DNA of 22,618 nucleotides from an uncultured archaeon. Its GTDB lineage: Archaea; Asgardarchaeota; Thorarchaeia; Thorarchaeales; Thorarchaeaceae. The number at the start of each line of letters is the position of its first letter. Within the stretch, counting starts at the first letter, position 1. Of this stretch, positions 1 to 9,264 are shown one piece after another. The stretch covers positions 1 to 22,618 of the forward strand of contig CAZSWP010000047.1 in assembly GCA_964610875.1 (NCBI GenBank), given 5' to 3'. Position numbers and translations under genes: made by a program. The notes beneath the pieces were generated by a model. The model had not been told where the DNA came from, did not search any database, and was given only the letters and a program-made list of their open reading frames with translations.

Positions 1-1166
1 TCATCAGGTAACTGCTCCCTCAGTTTCTTCCGCTCGAAGTACTTGGAGTGATAGGTGTACTTGCCGTATCTGATCAATATGTTCTGCCTGCGAAAGTTCT
101 TCCGAGTCTGTTTCACTGCATAGTCAGTCCATCCCTCATGGATATGGTAGTCATCCCCTGTCTGTTTTCTGCTGCGTGGCTTGTAGTTCTCGTGCATCTG
201 GTCGAGGGGTCTGAACCTACAGTCAATCACCTGTACGCCCCAGTCCCAGCACTGTAACCGTTTCTCTTCAATCTCAGCTGGTGTCAGTTCGTGGTTATAG
301 AGCATGAACACCTGAACCTTCTCACGGGTATAGCCACCATCCTCAAGCACCTGCAGTTGCTGGTCAATGTCGTCAGCATCACTCATGGGACCGTCCCATG
401 CGATACGAGGGTGTCTGAACCGTGCCTGTCTCAGGTACTCCACAAGTTGGGGTTGTTTCTGCAAGATACGTCCATCAAACCCACTCTGACACTCGTAGTT
501 GACCACCCTGCCGTCAATGCGTATCTCTGCCAGTGCCTCTAGGAGTTCTCGGATTCGCGGATGAGCGAGAAAGTTATTGTCATAGAGCACCACCCTGCGC
601 TTCCTGCCCTGTATGGTCCACTCCACCACATCTTCAATGGGATAGGCATTGATATGTCCCTCAAGACGCCATGCATAGCAGAACTTGCATCTGCGGATAC
701 AACCTCTTGTGGTGATGCAGACCTGTAGATTTGGCTGTGAGTCAAGCTGGGAGTAGTCAGGGGGATAGGGTTCTGCCTCTTGGAGAAGTCCTCGATATAC
801 TGACTCCTCGCCATAGTGCTCTGCACAGAAGTCAGGGGCAAGGGGGGGAAGGATGCCACCCACAAAGGCTTTGGCTTCTGGATACTGAGCCGTGTAGAAG
901 TCGAAGGAGTCAGTGACCTCTGGAGCCCAGTAGGTGAACAGACTGGTGATGAAGAGGTCAGAGGGTGTCCAGCCGTCAGGCTGTGGTGTATTACCTCTTG
1001 CAAGACGTACATCCACGCCCTCATGCTGTAGCCAGTTGCCTATTCTGAGTAACCCCAGTGGGATGGCATGATGGCTGTTGAGGGACTTGCTCGGCCAGCG
1101 AAACGAAGGCTGGACAAGGAGCACCCGTTGCATCTCGTCAGGTTCGGGGATGTCTGTGGTCGTCAT
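1..1166 (-). CDS. Cobalamin-binding-domain radical SAM protein (3' end runs off the window, at least 388 codons)
   Basis: Absent from the ORF track; translated by hand from ATG 1166: MTTTDIPEPDEMQRVLLVQPSF...PLGLLRIGNWL...ITSLFTYW...FVGGI (B12-binding-like N-terminus), then TTRGCIRRCKFCYAWRLEG (CxxxCxxC), LYDNNFL, RIAWD, VFMLYN. No stop before position 1. Confidence 0.9.
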   Translation of the reverse strand, partial: MTTTDIPEPDEMQRVLLVQPSFRWPSKSLNSHHAIPLGLLRIGNWLQHEGVDVRLARGNTPQPDGWTPSDLFITSLFTYWAPEVTDSFDFYTAQYPEAKAFVGGILPPLAPDFCAEHYGEESVYRGLLQEAEPYPPDYSQLDSQPNLQVCITTRGCIRRCKFCYAWRLEGHINAYPIEDVVEWTIQGRKRRVVLYDNNFLAHPRIRELLEALAEIRIDGRVVNYECQSGFDGRILQKQPQLVEYLRQARFRHPRIAWDGPMSDADDIDQQLQVLEDGGYTREKVQVFMLYNHELTPAEIEEKRLQCWDWGVQVIDCRFRPLDQMHENYKPRSRKQTGDDYHIHEGWTDYAVKQTRKNFRRQNILIRYGKYTYHSKYFERKKLREQLPD

Positions 1167-1187
1167 ATCAGGGGGTCTTGTATGGGG

Positions 1188-1195
1188 TATTTAAG
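1188..1195 (-). promoter_or_regulatory. TATA box for a probably leaderless radical SAM transcript
   Basis: CTTAAATA on the minus strand ends about 22 nt upstream of ATG 1166; no SD is present. Confidence 0.6.
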
Positions 1196-1223
1196 CTCGT
1201 AGCTGGAGAGAGGAATACATACC

Positions 1224-2039
1224 TCACTCAATCTCGATTGATGAGTGAATCTTTGTCCGGAGCAGTTTGACGATTTCCTCGCATCTTGCCTTGTTGTATC
1301 TGTGCTTATCTTTCTTAACCAAGTCCATCAACCTGATCTCGCTCTCAAGCACACCAGTCCTTGTCTCTACCTTCTTTGGAAGGTCGAACTTGAAGAAGAG
1401 TGGACCATAGAGAGTAGTACCTTTCTCTCTGAGATACTTTGCTCTATGCTTTATGATGACACTTGACCCATATTTTAGCTCGACCGACTCGATATCATCA
1501 TACCGGATATAGTCGAAACAGTTGACCTCAGGACGCTCTTCCCAGCCGTCATAGGTCAGACGATAGACCTCATTATCATGGAATGCAGGACTCCCCTTTC
1601 TGCCAAAGAGAACCATTCGCTTATCTGTGAAGAGAAGCATCCCCCCTCTGACTATACTCTTATTGCCTATGAAAAGGTCACCAATTTCACAATATTCTAG
1701 TTTCTCTCTATCTTCTAATACATTGTTTTCTTGAAGAAACTCAAAAGCATGAACATACATGTCATTAAAAGATATTAGAGGGTTTTTTGGAACCACTCTC
1801 CTCTGGTCTTCGGGTAGTAGCAATGAATAAAGAGTGACCAAAGACTCGGTGGTAAGGTCACCTTTCTGAAACGCAAGATTTGCTAAGTCTATGATTAGTG
1901 ATGGAGCATCTATTTCAAGTACTAACTCTTTTTTTATGACCTGTTCTATTACCTTTTTCAGTTTCTTGCTTCTCTTTGGGAAGTCCTCAATTTCCATGAC
2001 CTTCTCCAAGTCTTCAAGAGTCATCTTCTTTGGCATCAT
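1224..2039 (-). CDS. Hypothetical protein with probable PH/GRAM-like C-terminal domain
   Basis: Long ORF. GAGGTGA SD directly follows the upstream stop, favouring ATG 2039 or 2036 over GTG 2045. LEDREKL...GMLLFTDKRMVLF...IRYDDIESVEL resembles prokaryotic PH-fold domains. Confidence 0.7.
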   Translation of the reverse strand: MMPKKMTLEDLEKVMEIEDFPKRSKKLKKVIEQVIKKELVLEIDAPSLIIDLANLAFQKGDLTTESLVTLYSLLLPEDQRRVVPKNPLISFNDMYVHAFEFLQENNVLEDREKLEYCEIGDLFIGNKSIVRGGMLLFTDKRMVLFGRKGSPAFHDNEVYRLTYDGWEERPEVNCFDYIRYDDIESVELKYGSSVIIKHRAKYLREKGTTLYGPLFFKFDLPKKVETRTGVLESEIRLMDLVKKDKHRYNKARCEEIVKLLRTKIHSSIEIE

Positions 2040-2048
2040 AGTCACCTC

Positions 2049-3122
2049 TCAATAAGACAGTGATGAGATGACAACTGGCGCAACACACGCCAGTATCATC
2101 GTCATTGAGGCTATCTCTAGACCTAATGCTAATAACTCATAGGGTCTCATTCCTGCCTCAATAGCTTTTACATTTCTCACTATAGCATAGTCTATCTTTA
2201 CTACTCTGCCGTATTCGTCTAGTGTCTCCATAGGGGATACTTTCGTGTTCTCTTGTTCTAGAGATATTGCGTTCTCAATGGAACGATAACTATGGATTAT
2301 CTTTGCTATGAAGAGTAACTGGAAGAGGAGTCCTAGAGTGAAAGATTCGTCACCAAGTCCACGTCCAAGTGCTGAGAATCCATATAGCATTACAGTACCT
2401 GTTACAAGATGTTTGAGTAGATTGAACATATACTGGAAGGCTACAAGTTCACTAGCTGTTTTGAAGAGTGATTCTAGTCTTGCAAGGAAACTTTCGCTAG
2501 TGGTTAATAGACCATTTGCTTCAGGAACGGGTAGCAGATTTGAAGCACTACTTGCTCCTGTGGATGTCGAACTAGATGTTCCTCTTAGAGAAGATATCAA
2601 ATTTCGTATCCCTTGGAAGCCTGTGAGAGCTCCAGAGATCATCATGAAGGTCACCTGTGTCAGTAATAGGTTTGTAATGTGGTCGCTGGTGAACCTGAAG
2701 AAACTGAAGCTCTCCTCGTCCATGTATGCGGTGTCATACCCAAGTCCACTCTCTACACTCTTCAAGCCATAGGTCAAAGCCTCATCGAGCACATGCACAT
2801 CAGCAGTACCACCCAGTATCATGTCTGCTCCGAAGACCATAGTTGGTACTCCAGCAAGTGCGCCTATGCCAGTACCGGAGAGATATGCACCATAGCAGAA
2901 CAGGATACCACCGACAATGATTGTGACTCCCTTCATCACTGCATTATTGTTGCTGATTGTGTTCCATGCGCTCTTGTACTCCATGGCGTACTGTCTGTCA
3001 ACCGCCAGACGAAGATAGTTGTAGTCAAAGTAGACCAGATTGCTGAGGAGTGATGATATGTCCCTACTATCTATCGAAGATGGGTCTTCATCGTAGATTG
3101 CAGTCATTACAACTGGCGTCAC
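2049..3122 (-). CDS. Multi-pass membrane protein, probably the C-terminal fragment of a larger protein (pre-toxin-like glycine-rich helices)
   Basis: 357-aa ORF with several hydrophobic segments, including GGILFCYGAYLSGTGIGALAGVPTMVFGADMILGG. No convincing SD or ATG at the 5' end; the frame stays open upstream to 3158, where it meets TAG TAG. Confidence 0.6.
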   Translation of the reverse strand: MTPVVMTAIYDEDPSSIDSRDISSLLSNLVYFDYNYLRLAVDRQYAMEYKSAWNTISNNNAVMKGVTIIVGGILFCYGAYLSGTGIGALAGVPTMVFGADMILGGTADVHVLDEALTYGLKSVESGLGYDTAYMDEESFSFFRFTSDHITNLLLTQVTFMMISGALTGFQGIRNLISSLRGTSSSTSTGASSASNLLPVPEANGLLTTSESFLARLESLFKTASELVAFQYMFNLLKHLVTGTVMLYGFSALGRGLGDESFTLGLLFQLLFIAKIIHSYRSIENAISLEQENTKVSPMETLDEYGRVVKIDYAIVRNVKAIEAGMRPYELLALGLEIASMTMILACVAPVVISSLSY

Positions 3123-3135
3123 TGACGTGATTGAC

Positions 3136-3214
3136 CTTCTGAAAATCGAGTAGTCATACTACTAGATGTGGATTGAGTAGTCTTGGCGTACCAAGACTTC
3201 TGAAAAGTCCACAT
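3136..3214. repeat. Nested inverted and direct repeats at a probable junction
   Basis: ATGTGGA(3166-72)/TCCACAT(3208-14) encloses AGTCTTGG-CGTA-CCAAGACT(3179-98). AGTAGT-CAT-ACTACT lies at 3149-63. Direct repeats: CTTCTGAAAA (3136, 3197) and GAGTAGTC (3148, 3175). Confidence 0.7.
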
Positions 3215-3278
3215 TCAACTTTTCCTTTTTTTCATCGGGAATCGTAGAGATGATATATTGTAGTGCTGATTTCTTGGT

Positions 3279-3695
3279 CTACTTGATGTACAAACGTACG
3301 CCACATATTGGACATAGGACGACATTATCATCCACAGGTTGTGCATTTGTTGTTTCAAAGGACATTCCACAGTCTGGGCAACGAAACATGCCCAATCCCA
3401 CCTGCTCAGCAGGCAATGCATGCTGACGCATTGGTTCAAGTATGTCCTCATCACCAGTGGTAGAAGATGAGAGAGAGCGTCCTCTGGCCCATCGGAAAGC
3501 AGCCCACAGCATGAAGAAGAGTAATAGAAAGAGAAAGAACACACTGATGAGAGTGCTCTCTGGGGGTACATACAGAAGGTAGATTATGAGCAGAGAAGAG
3601 CCCAAGATCAGTGCAATAATGAATACGAGCCAACGAAAAGGGCTTGATTCATCTTGATAGTCCTGTTCCCATTCATAATTATCACCAGATATCAT
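3279..3695 (-). CDS. Small membrane protein with C-terminal zinc ribbon
   Basis: Two transmembrane segments followed by CPDCG...CPICG. Confidence 0.85.
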   Translation of the reverse strand: MISGDNYEWEQDYQDESSPFRWLVFIIALILGSSLLIIYLLYVPPESTLISVFFLFLLLFFMLWAAFRWARGRSLSSSTTGDEDILEPMRQHALPAEQVGLGMFRCPDCGMSFETTNAQPVDDNVVLCPICGVRLYIK

Positions 3696-3810
3696 GTGTC
3701 AAATCTCCAGTTATTCTAAAAACGTGTTAGTTCAAAACTATTTCCAAGGGCATTCAGAACGAGAAATTAATAGTAAAAACTGGTTATCTCCCAATGTGAA
3801 AATCAGATGT

Positions 3811-4017
3811 CTAGGAATCGCGACTCATTATGACTTTTCGAAATCCGATAATAAATACAATGACAATAGGGGTTGAGAGTACCAATAGCCATGGTGTGAT
3901 ATCAGGGCGTGATGCAAACAGAATCAAGGGGCCAGGTGATGCAATCAAAAGCAATACCACTATTGCTATTATTCTGGCTCTCTGTAACATACTCCTCTCA
4001 TAATCTTCAGATGCCAT
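3811..4017 (-). CDS. Small 2-TM membrane protein
   Basis: MASEDYER... with two hydrophobic helices. ATG 4017 is preferred to the TTG at 4032. Confidence 0.65.
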   Translation of the reverse strand: MASEDYERSMLQRARIIAIVVLLLIASPGPLILFASRPDITPWLLVLSTPIVIVFIIGFRKVIMSRDS

Positions 4018-4096
4018 GATTCTACCAACCAAACTTGCTTATGTGAGTATATGATTCCCGTGATACGGCAAAGATGATGTTTCTTACAAGTTTAGT

Positions 4097-5296
4097 TTAG
4101 AAACTGTCAGTCAACCACGGTATATCCATCTTAAACCATGATTTGAACTCGGGAGGTGTTTCTCCAGTAATATGACCAAGCCCTTCTACCTGTTCTGTTG
4201 ATAGAGAGCCATAAAGTAGAGAGGTCAAACCATGAATCGTGATTGTTGTATCAACTGATTGATCACGGGTAGCCTCCACAGAAAGCTTGCCATCCTCTTC
4301 ATAGATACGAAAAGTCTGGTTGTTTTCTTCGATATAATCATCCTTTACACGTAGTCGTACTTCACCGACAGTCGGGATGCTAACTCCTTCAAGTGCCTGT
4401 TTGATATCAACGATCCTAGCAAGTGGAGTGTTGTGTGCTCTTAGAATTGGAATATTCATGTCTCGATACCAGTGTACGTACTGATTATTTGTAGGAGCAA
4501 TAGGTATGTAGACTTTCACAATCTGGTCGCTATGTAGGAAAATGAAATGGAGTAAGGCTCTTCTCGCCTGAGGAGTTGTCCAATAGAAATCAGCAATCCT
4601 CATCTCACCAATTTTTTCAATATGGCCAAATTCACCATAGCCTTTGTTCTGGTATAGCATTACTCCCTCAGGAATGCCTTCATTGCTATAGACAATTGCA
4701 ATATTTCCTGATGATTCATACTCATAATCAGTCCATCGAAACTCATCTCGTTTCACTGCACCATTGATGTCCTTTACAGCTTCATTGTATACCTTTTTCC
4801 ATTCATTCATTCGTTCATTCTGTTTGAAGTGTTGTACCGTGTACCCAGCTGGCATCTTTCGGTCATACAACTGACGGGGGTTCAATTCCAGATTCAATAC
4901 AGGTGGTTGTTTCACATAGCCGAGGTCCACATAGAAGAAGTCCTTGAAGGCGTATAAGGTACTAAGAGCGTATCCATCCTCACTAGTATTTTTGAGCGCT
5001 GTAATCAGTAGTTTGTGCATGTGCCCCTTTCTTCGTACTTCAGGAGCGCTTGCCACTGCTGAGATGCCAGTCATCTTCTTCCAGACACCACGTATGTTTT
5101 GTTCATAAGGAATCAATCTGGTCATAGCAACTGGCTTCTGCGAATCATCTTCGAGATACCAGTATTGATTGTAGGTCTTGTCGTAGCGTTTGGCATCGGT
5201 CTCTTCCCAGTCGGGGGTTCTCCGGATTGAGAATGCGTAGACAGCCAGTTCTTGACTAGCCTCCAAGTCATCGGGACGTCCTTGTCTAATTCTCAT
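4097..5296 (-). CDS. Eis-family (enhanced intracellular survival) GNAT acetyltransferase with C-terminal SCP2-like domain
   Basis: GISAVASAPEVRRKG acetyl-CoA motif, STLYAF..FY..LGY, ARIVDIKQAL, LRVKDDYIEENN, C-terminal TDSF; about 400 aa. Start placed at ATG 5296 behind GAGGT. Confidence 0.9.
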   Translation of the reverse strand: MRIRQGRPDDLEASQELAVYAFSIRRTPDWEETDAKRYDKTYNQYWYLEDDSQKPVAMTRLIPYEQNIRGVWKKMTGISAVASAPEVRRKGHMHKLLITALKNTSEDGYALSTLYAFKDFFYVDLGYVKQPPVLNLELNPRQLYDRKMPAGYTVQHFKQNERMNEWKKVYNEAVKDINGAVKRDEFRWTDYEYESSGNIAIVYSNEGIPEGVMLYQNKGYGEFGHIEKIGEMRIADFYWTTPQARRALLHFIFLHSDQIVKVYIPIAPTNNQYVHWYRDMNIPILRAHNTPLARIVDIKQALEGVSIPTVGEVRLRVKDDYIEENNQTFRIYEEDGKLSVEATRDQSVDTTITIHGLTSLLYGSLSTEQVEGLGHITGETPPEFKSWFKMDIPWLTDSF

Positions 5297-5359
5297 TGTA
5301 AACCTCATAGTAGGAAATCGAAAGTCTAAATAATTCCTACTCAAGCAGTAAGGCGGTAT

Positions 5360-5815
5360 TCATGCGCCAGTTTCTGGATATGGTCTGCCACTCAACCAAC
5401 CATCGCTAGAAGTCTTGTATAAAGATATGAAAAGTACAACTGCTGGTACAATGAGTGACAGTCCGAATAATGCAAAGGGACTATATGGACTGAGAAATGC
5501 TGGAATATAGGGAATACCACCAATGAGAAGGATTGAAGCCCATGTTGCTTGAAACCATCTGTGCTGTTGATTGTTCCAGAGTTCAAAGGCAAGCCAGAGA
5601 GAAGGTAATCCCAATAAAAGGAAAATAATCATACTTAGCATGCTCAATCCTCCCATGAATGTATCCCAAGAGTTTGGATTTGAGTCATTGTATGGCTGGG
5701 CTGAGAGAAAAGCGATTACAGCCATTCCAAGATGAATTGTTGCTTGGGCTATTAGAACGGCTATCGTCATTTTATTATACGAAGAATGATTGGATACAAG
5801 GGACTTCTCCTCCAT
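5360..5815 (-). CDS. Hypothetical 4-TM membrane protein
   Basis: 151-aa ORF with four hydrophobic segments. Confidence 0.75.
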   Translation of the reverse strand: MEEKSLVSNHSSYNKMTIAVLIAQATIHLGMAVIAFLSAQPYNDSNPNSWDTFMGGLSMLSMIIFLLLGLPSLWLAFELWNNQQHRWFQATWASILLIGGIPYIPAFLSPYSPFALFGLSLIVPAVVLFISLYKTSSDGWLSGRPYPETGA

Positions 5816-5877
5816 TCAAACCACTCTGTAGTAAATATTATTCATAGTCTATCTAACTTTGGAATAATCATCTCATA

Positions 5878-5916
5878 GAAAAAGAGTAAGGAACACGGGC
5901 TTTGCAAGCCCGGTTC
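5878..5916 (-). terminator. Hairpin plus pyrimidine/T tract after EF-1alpha
   Basis: Minus strand GAAC-CGGGCTT-GCA-AAGCCCG-T-GTTC then CTTACTCTTTTTC, 25 nt after the stop. Confidence 0.7.
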
Positions 5917-5941
5917 TGTGTAAACTATAATATCTTACCGC

Positions 5942-7243
5942 TTAACGGGGTGTAACGTCTAGGACAACGCCTACAGCCACAGTCATACCCATGTCACGTA
6001 CTGCGAAACGACCCAGTGGAGGTAGGTCCTTGAATTTCTCTATGACCATTGGCTTCAATGGCACAAGCTTAGCATGCATTGACTCGCCTTTCTTCACGAA
6101 ATCTGGGTTCTCTTCAATGACCTGACCACTGCGCTGGTCGAGCTTCTTGAGAAGCTGGTCAAACCTGCAAGCGACCTGAGCAGTGTGTGCATGAATGACT
6201 GGGGTGTAACCCACAGTTATTGCGGTTGGGTGCTGAATGACCATGATTTGACCAGTGTAGTCGACTGCGACTGTTGGTGGCTTGTCAGTTGGGCCAGCAA
6301 CGTCACCACGACCAAGGTCTTTTCGCTCAATACCACGGATGTTGAACCCGATATTGTCACCAGGAACGGCCTCTGGTAGAATCTCATGGTGCATCTCGAT
6401 GGACTTGACCTCACCAGTCTTGTTGGGTGGCATGAATGTGACCTTCATTCCGGACTTCATTACACCAGTCTCAACACGACCGACTGGGACTGTACCTACA
6501 CCTTTGATTGAGTAGACATCGTTGATTGGTACACGGAGAGGCTTGTCGATCGGCTTTGGTGGAAGCTCGATCAGATCGAGAGCCTCAAGCAGGCATGGGC
6601 CCTCATACCATGGTGTGATGTCCTTGGTCTGTTCCTTCAAGTTGGCTGCAGATAGTGCAGAGGTTGGAATGAATGGAATCTTATCAACCTTGTAACCAAT
6701 GCTCTTCAGGAAGCCCGAAACTTCGTCCTTGACCTCATTGTATCGGTCTTGGCTGTATTCAACACTCTCATCGTCCATCTTGTTGATTGCAACAATCATT
6801 GATGGAACACCGAGGGTCATTGCCAAGTAAGCATGTTCCTTTGTCTGACCACCAGGGCCAATACCAGCCTCGAACTCACCGCGCTTTGCAGACACAACAA
6901 GTAGTGCAACGTCTGCCTGGGATGCGCCTGTAATCATGTTCTTGATGAAGTCCTTGTGACCTGGGGCATCAATAATTGTGTAGTAATACTTGTCAGTAAG
7001 GAACTTGAAGAAAGCGATGTCAATGGTGAGACCTCTTTCTCTCTCTTCCTTGAGTCTGTCAAGGGCAAATGCCCAAGCCCATGATGGACGTCCGAGCTTT
7101 TCCGCTTCTGCCTTGTGTGCTTGGAATGTCCTTTCATCTACGGCACCGGTCTCGTAGAGCAATCGGCCAGTCATAGTACTTTTACCGTGGTCGACGTGGC
7201 CGATTACGACAAGATTTAGGTGCTCCTTATCCTTTTTGCTCAT
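5942..7243 (-). CDS. tuf: Translation elongation factor 1-alpha (aEF1A)
   Basis: [24 protein letters not shown] and NKMD G-motifs; [17 protein letters not shown]-terminus. Confidence 0.99.
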   Translation of the reverse strand: MSKKDKEHLNLVVIGHVDHGKSTMTGRLLYETGAVDERTFQAHKAEAEKLGRPSWAWAFALDRLKEERERGLTIDIAFFKFLTDKYYYTIIDAPGHKDFIKNMITGASQADVALLVVSAKRGEFEAGIGPGGQTKEHAYLAMTLGVPSMIVAINKMDDESVEYSQDRYNEVKDEVSGFLKSIGYKVDKIPFIPTSALSAANLKEQTKDITPWYEGPCLLEALDLIELPPKPIDKPLRVPINDVYSIKGVGTVPVGRVETGVMKSGMKVTFMPPNKTGEVKSIEMHHEILPEAVPGDNIGFNIRGIERKDLGRGDVAGPTDKPPTVAVDYTGQIMVIQHPTAITVGYTPVIHAHTAQVACRFDQLLKKLDQRSGQVIEENPDFVKKGESMHAKLVPLKPMVIEKFKDLPPLGRFAVRDMGMTVAVGVVLDVTPR

Positions 7244-7367
7244 TTTATATTCACCACGTCTATATCTGTAATCAGATATTCCGTCTCACAATCGGCCTGC
7301 GCTCTAAGCGCGGAATTCACCATGTGAGTGGGCGAACACTCCCGAGGTTGATGTTTAAAGCTTTTGG
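7244..7367 (-). promoter_or_regulatory. BRE/TATA promoter and structured ~85-nt 5' leader of EF-1alpha
   Basis: CCAAAAG-CTTTAAA at 7367-7354; hairpins at 7285-7328 and 7262-7279; GTGGTGA SD before the ATG. Confidence 0.7.
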
Positions 7368-7423
7368 CTAGGACGTATTATCCAGTATTTTTTGGTGGTT
7401 TTTGGAACGATTTGACACTAGAA

Positions 7424-7915
7424 TCAGTACTCAAACTCGTGTTTGTCAACAGTGATTTGTTTCTGTGGTGTTTCACCCTTCCAAGGACCACGAATCTCGA
7501 TGAGATTAAGAACATTATAGCCGCGTTGCTTCAGAAATTCGATGATTGTATCATTGTTTGGATGGACCCAGTTGTACACAGTTTCACCACCTAGTTCTTT
7601 CACCAACTCCTCGATTTTTCCATAGAGGCTGGATGCAATACCCATTCGGCGGCTGTCAGGATGTACAAACATCTGTTCAGTCCAAACAACATCACTATCT
7701 ACCCTACAAACAGCGTAACCCACTATTTCTCCATCCAGTTCGGCAATAAAGATTGGATATTCTGCGTCAAGAAACTCCTGGAGTTCTTCTTTTGCAGAGG
7801 CTACATTAGGTTTTTTGGATAGTCCCTTCAGAGAACTTAGAGAAACTCGTAGTTCAGCTATAAGTCTGGCTACAGAGTTAAAATCTCCAATTTGATACTC
7901 ACGAATGATCGTCAT
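7424..7915 (-). CDS. GNAT-family N-acetyltransferase
   Basis: MFVHPDSRRMGIAS motif A; WVHPNN..IEFLKQRGY motif B. Confidence 0.9.
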   Translation of the reverse strand: MTIIREYQIGDFNSVARLIAELRVSLSSLKGLSKKPNVASAKEELQEFLDAEYPIFIAELDGEIVGYAVCRVDSDVVWTEQMFVHPDSRRMGIASSLYGKIEELVKELGGETVYNWVHPNNDTIIEFLKQRGYNVLNLIEIRGPWKGETPQKQITVDKHEFEY

Positions 7916-7988
7916 GATTAGTCCAACATGAAACGGATGGGCATCTTATCATTAATATTTATGATTAGTTGCAAGCGTGTGTAGAAAT

Positions 7989-8525
7989 TCATACACCCAT
8001 CAGATTCCGTGTCCATTCCTTGATTATGTCCCAGTCCCGATAATCTACCTTCTCAGGAGGTTCTTCGTCCTTGGGGACCATTCGTTTGATTAGTGATTTC
8101 ATGATTCGTTTTGTAAAGAAATTCCCTTTCTCAGGGTCAATACGACCACCAAAGAGCCCCGTTGCAATCATCTGGCTATCAGGAAACTCTCTTGCAATAT
8201 CTTCAAGGTAGGTCATCCTGGCGGTTTCACACTGTTCCTTATCAGTTGCAGATAGACATGATACAAATAACGCAACACGCTTCCCTGCAAGAGTACTAGA
8301 ATTGTCCTCTAGGAAATTCTTTGCCTCTTTGGTCCAACGCCCCGCGGCTATTCCGCTTCCGACAATCACCGTTGAGTAGAGGGATAAGTCAGCAGTTTTT
8401 TCCTTCTTCAGATTGATAACATCAACTTCAAACTCAAGATCTTGCAAGACTTTACCAATATATTCAGCAATCTCACCTGCAGAACCATATCGTGTCCCAT
8501 AACAGACAAGAACTCTTTCAGACAT
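7989..8525 (-). CDS. Flavodoxin-domain protein (HemG/Flavodoxin_5-like)
   Basis: VLVCYGTRYGSAGEIAEYI FMN-binding loop, VIVGSGI, FGG, DYRDWDIIKEW. Start placed at MSERVLV (8525). Confidence 0.88.
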   Translation of the reverse strand: MSERVLVCYGTRYGSAGEIAEYIGKVLQDLEFEVDVINLKKEKTADLSLYSTVIVGSGIAAGRWTKEAKNFLEDNSSTLAGKRVALFVSCLSATDKEQCETARMTYLEDIAREFPDSQMIATGLFGGRIDPEKGNFFTKRIMKSLIKRMVPKDEEPPEKVDYRDWDIIKEWTRNLMGV

Positions 8526-8603
8526 GATAATCAATTTGATGAGAACACGTGAGAATATAATCACTGTGCTTGTATTGAATATGAAAAGAAAGAGGATATA
8601 CCA

Positions 8604-9161
8604 TTATTTTGGAAGTATTCCGTATCTTTCAATGAATTCGCGCTTTAGGATATCCATAAGAACAATATCGTATCGCTTACCATTACGATAGGCGGCCTCA
8701 CGTAATCGACCTTGATTTTGAAAGCCAATTTGCTCGTAGAATTTGATAGCATGTTCATTGAATTCAACAACATGCAAATAGATGCTGTGTAGTCCCAATA
8801 CATTGAATGTAAAGTCGAGAAATACAAGCATGGCATCCTTTCCATATCCTTTTCCACGTTCTTCAGGGTCTAGGATGGCAAACATGCCAATTTCGCCATT
8901 GCTACTGACCCATGTAATGTTAGTGAGATCGATAAAACCAACAAAATTCCCAGAAGTCTTATCCTCAATACCGTACGTGAAGATAGTTCTGTTAGTGAAA
9001 GCCTCATTTCTTGAGGTTATGAAATTCTGGATATCTTCTCTGGTGTTAGGAAATGGACTGGGTAAGTACTGTCTGAGTTCGTATTCATTCCATTTCTTGA
9101 AAATTGCATCAGCATCTTCTGCTTCTAGTCTTCTAAGACGTATGGTTCTGCCTTCATACAT
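8604..9161 (-). CDS. RimJ/RimL-family GNAT acetyltransferase
   Basis: IRLRRLE, ERGKGYGKDAM, NEHAIKFYEQIGF..QGRLRE, YDIVLMDILKREF. Confidence 0.92.
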   Translation of the reverse strand: MYEGRTIRLRRLEAEDADAIFKKWNEYELRQYLPSPFPNTREDIQNFITSRNEAFTNRTIFTYGIEDKTSGNFVGFIDLTNITWVSSNGEIGMFAILDPEERGKGYGKDAMLVFLDFTFNVLGLHSIYLHVVEFNEHAIKFYEQIGFQNQGRLREAAYRNGKRYDIVLMDILKREFIERYGILPK

Positions 9162-9264
9162 TGTATTTCATGCATATATACGAAGCACGAGATTTTACTA
9201 TAGTGAATTAGTGGCTGTGTATACTCTCTTACTGAAAATACCATACTGCTCAGGATACTCTGGT

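Noticed and set aside
539-1024. 161-aa minus ORF and the small plus-strand ORFs at 48-1031
   Set aside because: They are shadow frames of the radical SAM gene (1166 to the window edge), which has the clear family motifs.
3159-3164. In-frame TAG TAG as pyrrolysine or recoded read-through
   Set aside because: TAG is the true stop of rpoB, rpoA1 and rps12 in this window, and the upstream frame runs into a palindrome and an A-tract.
3166-3218. tRNA remnant (GGCGTACCA) or integron attC (GTTGAAT core)
   Set aside because: There is no T-loop or cloverleaf, no complementary RYYYAAC partner at a suitable position, and no attC-like palindromes between the other accessory genes.
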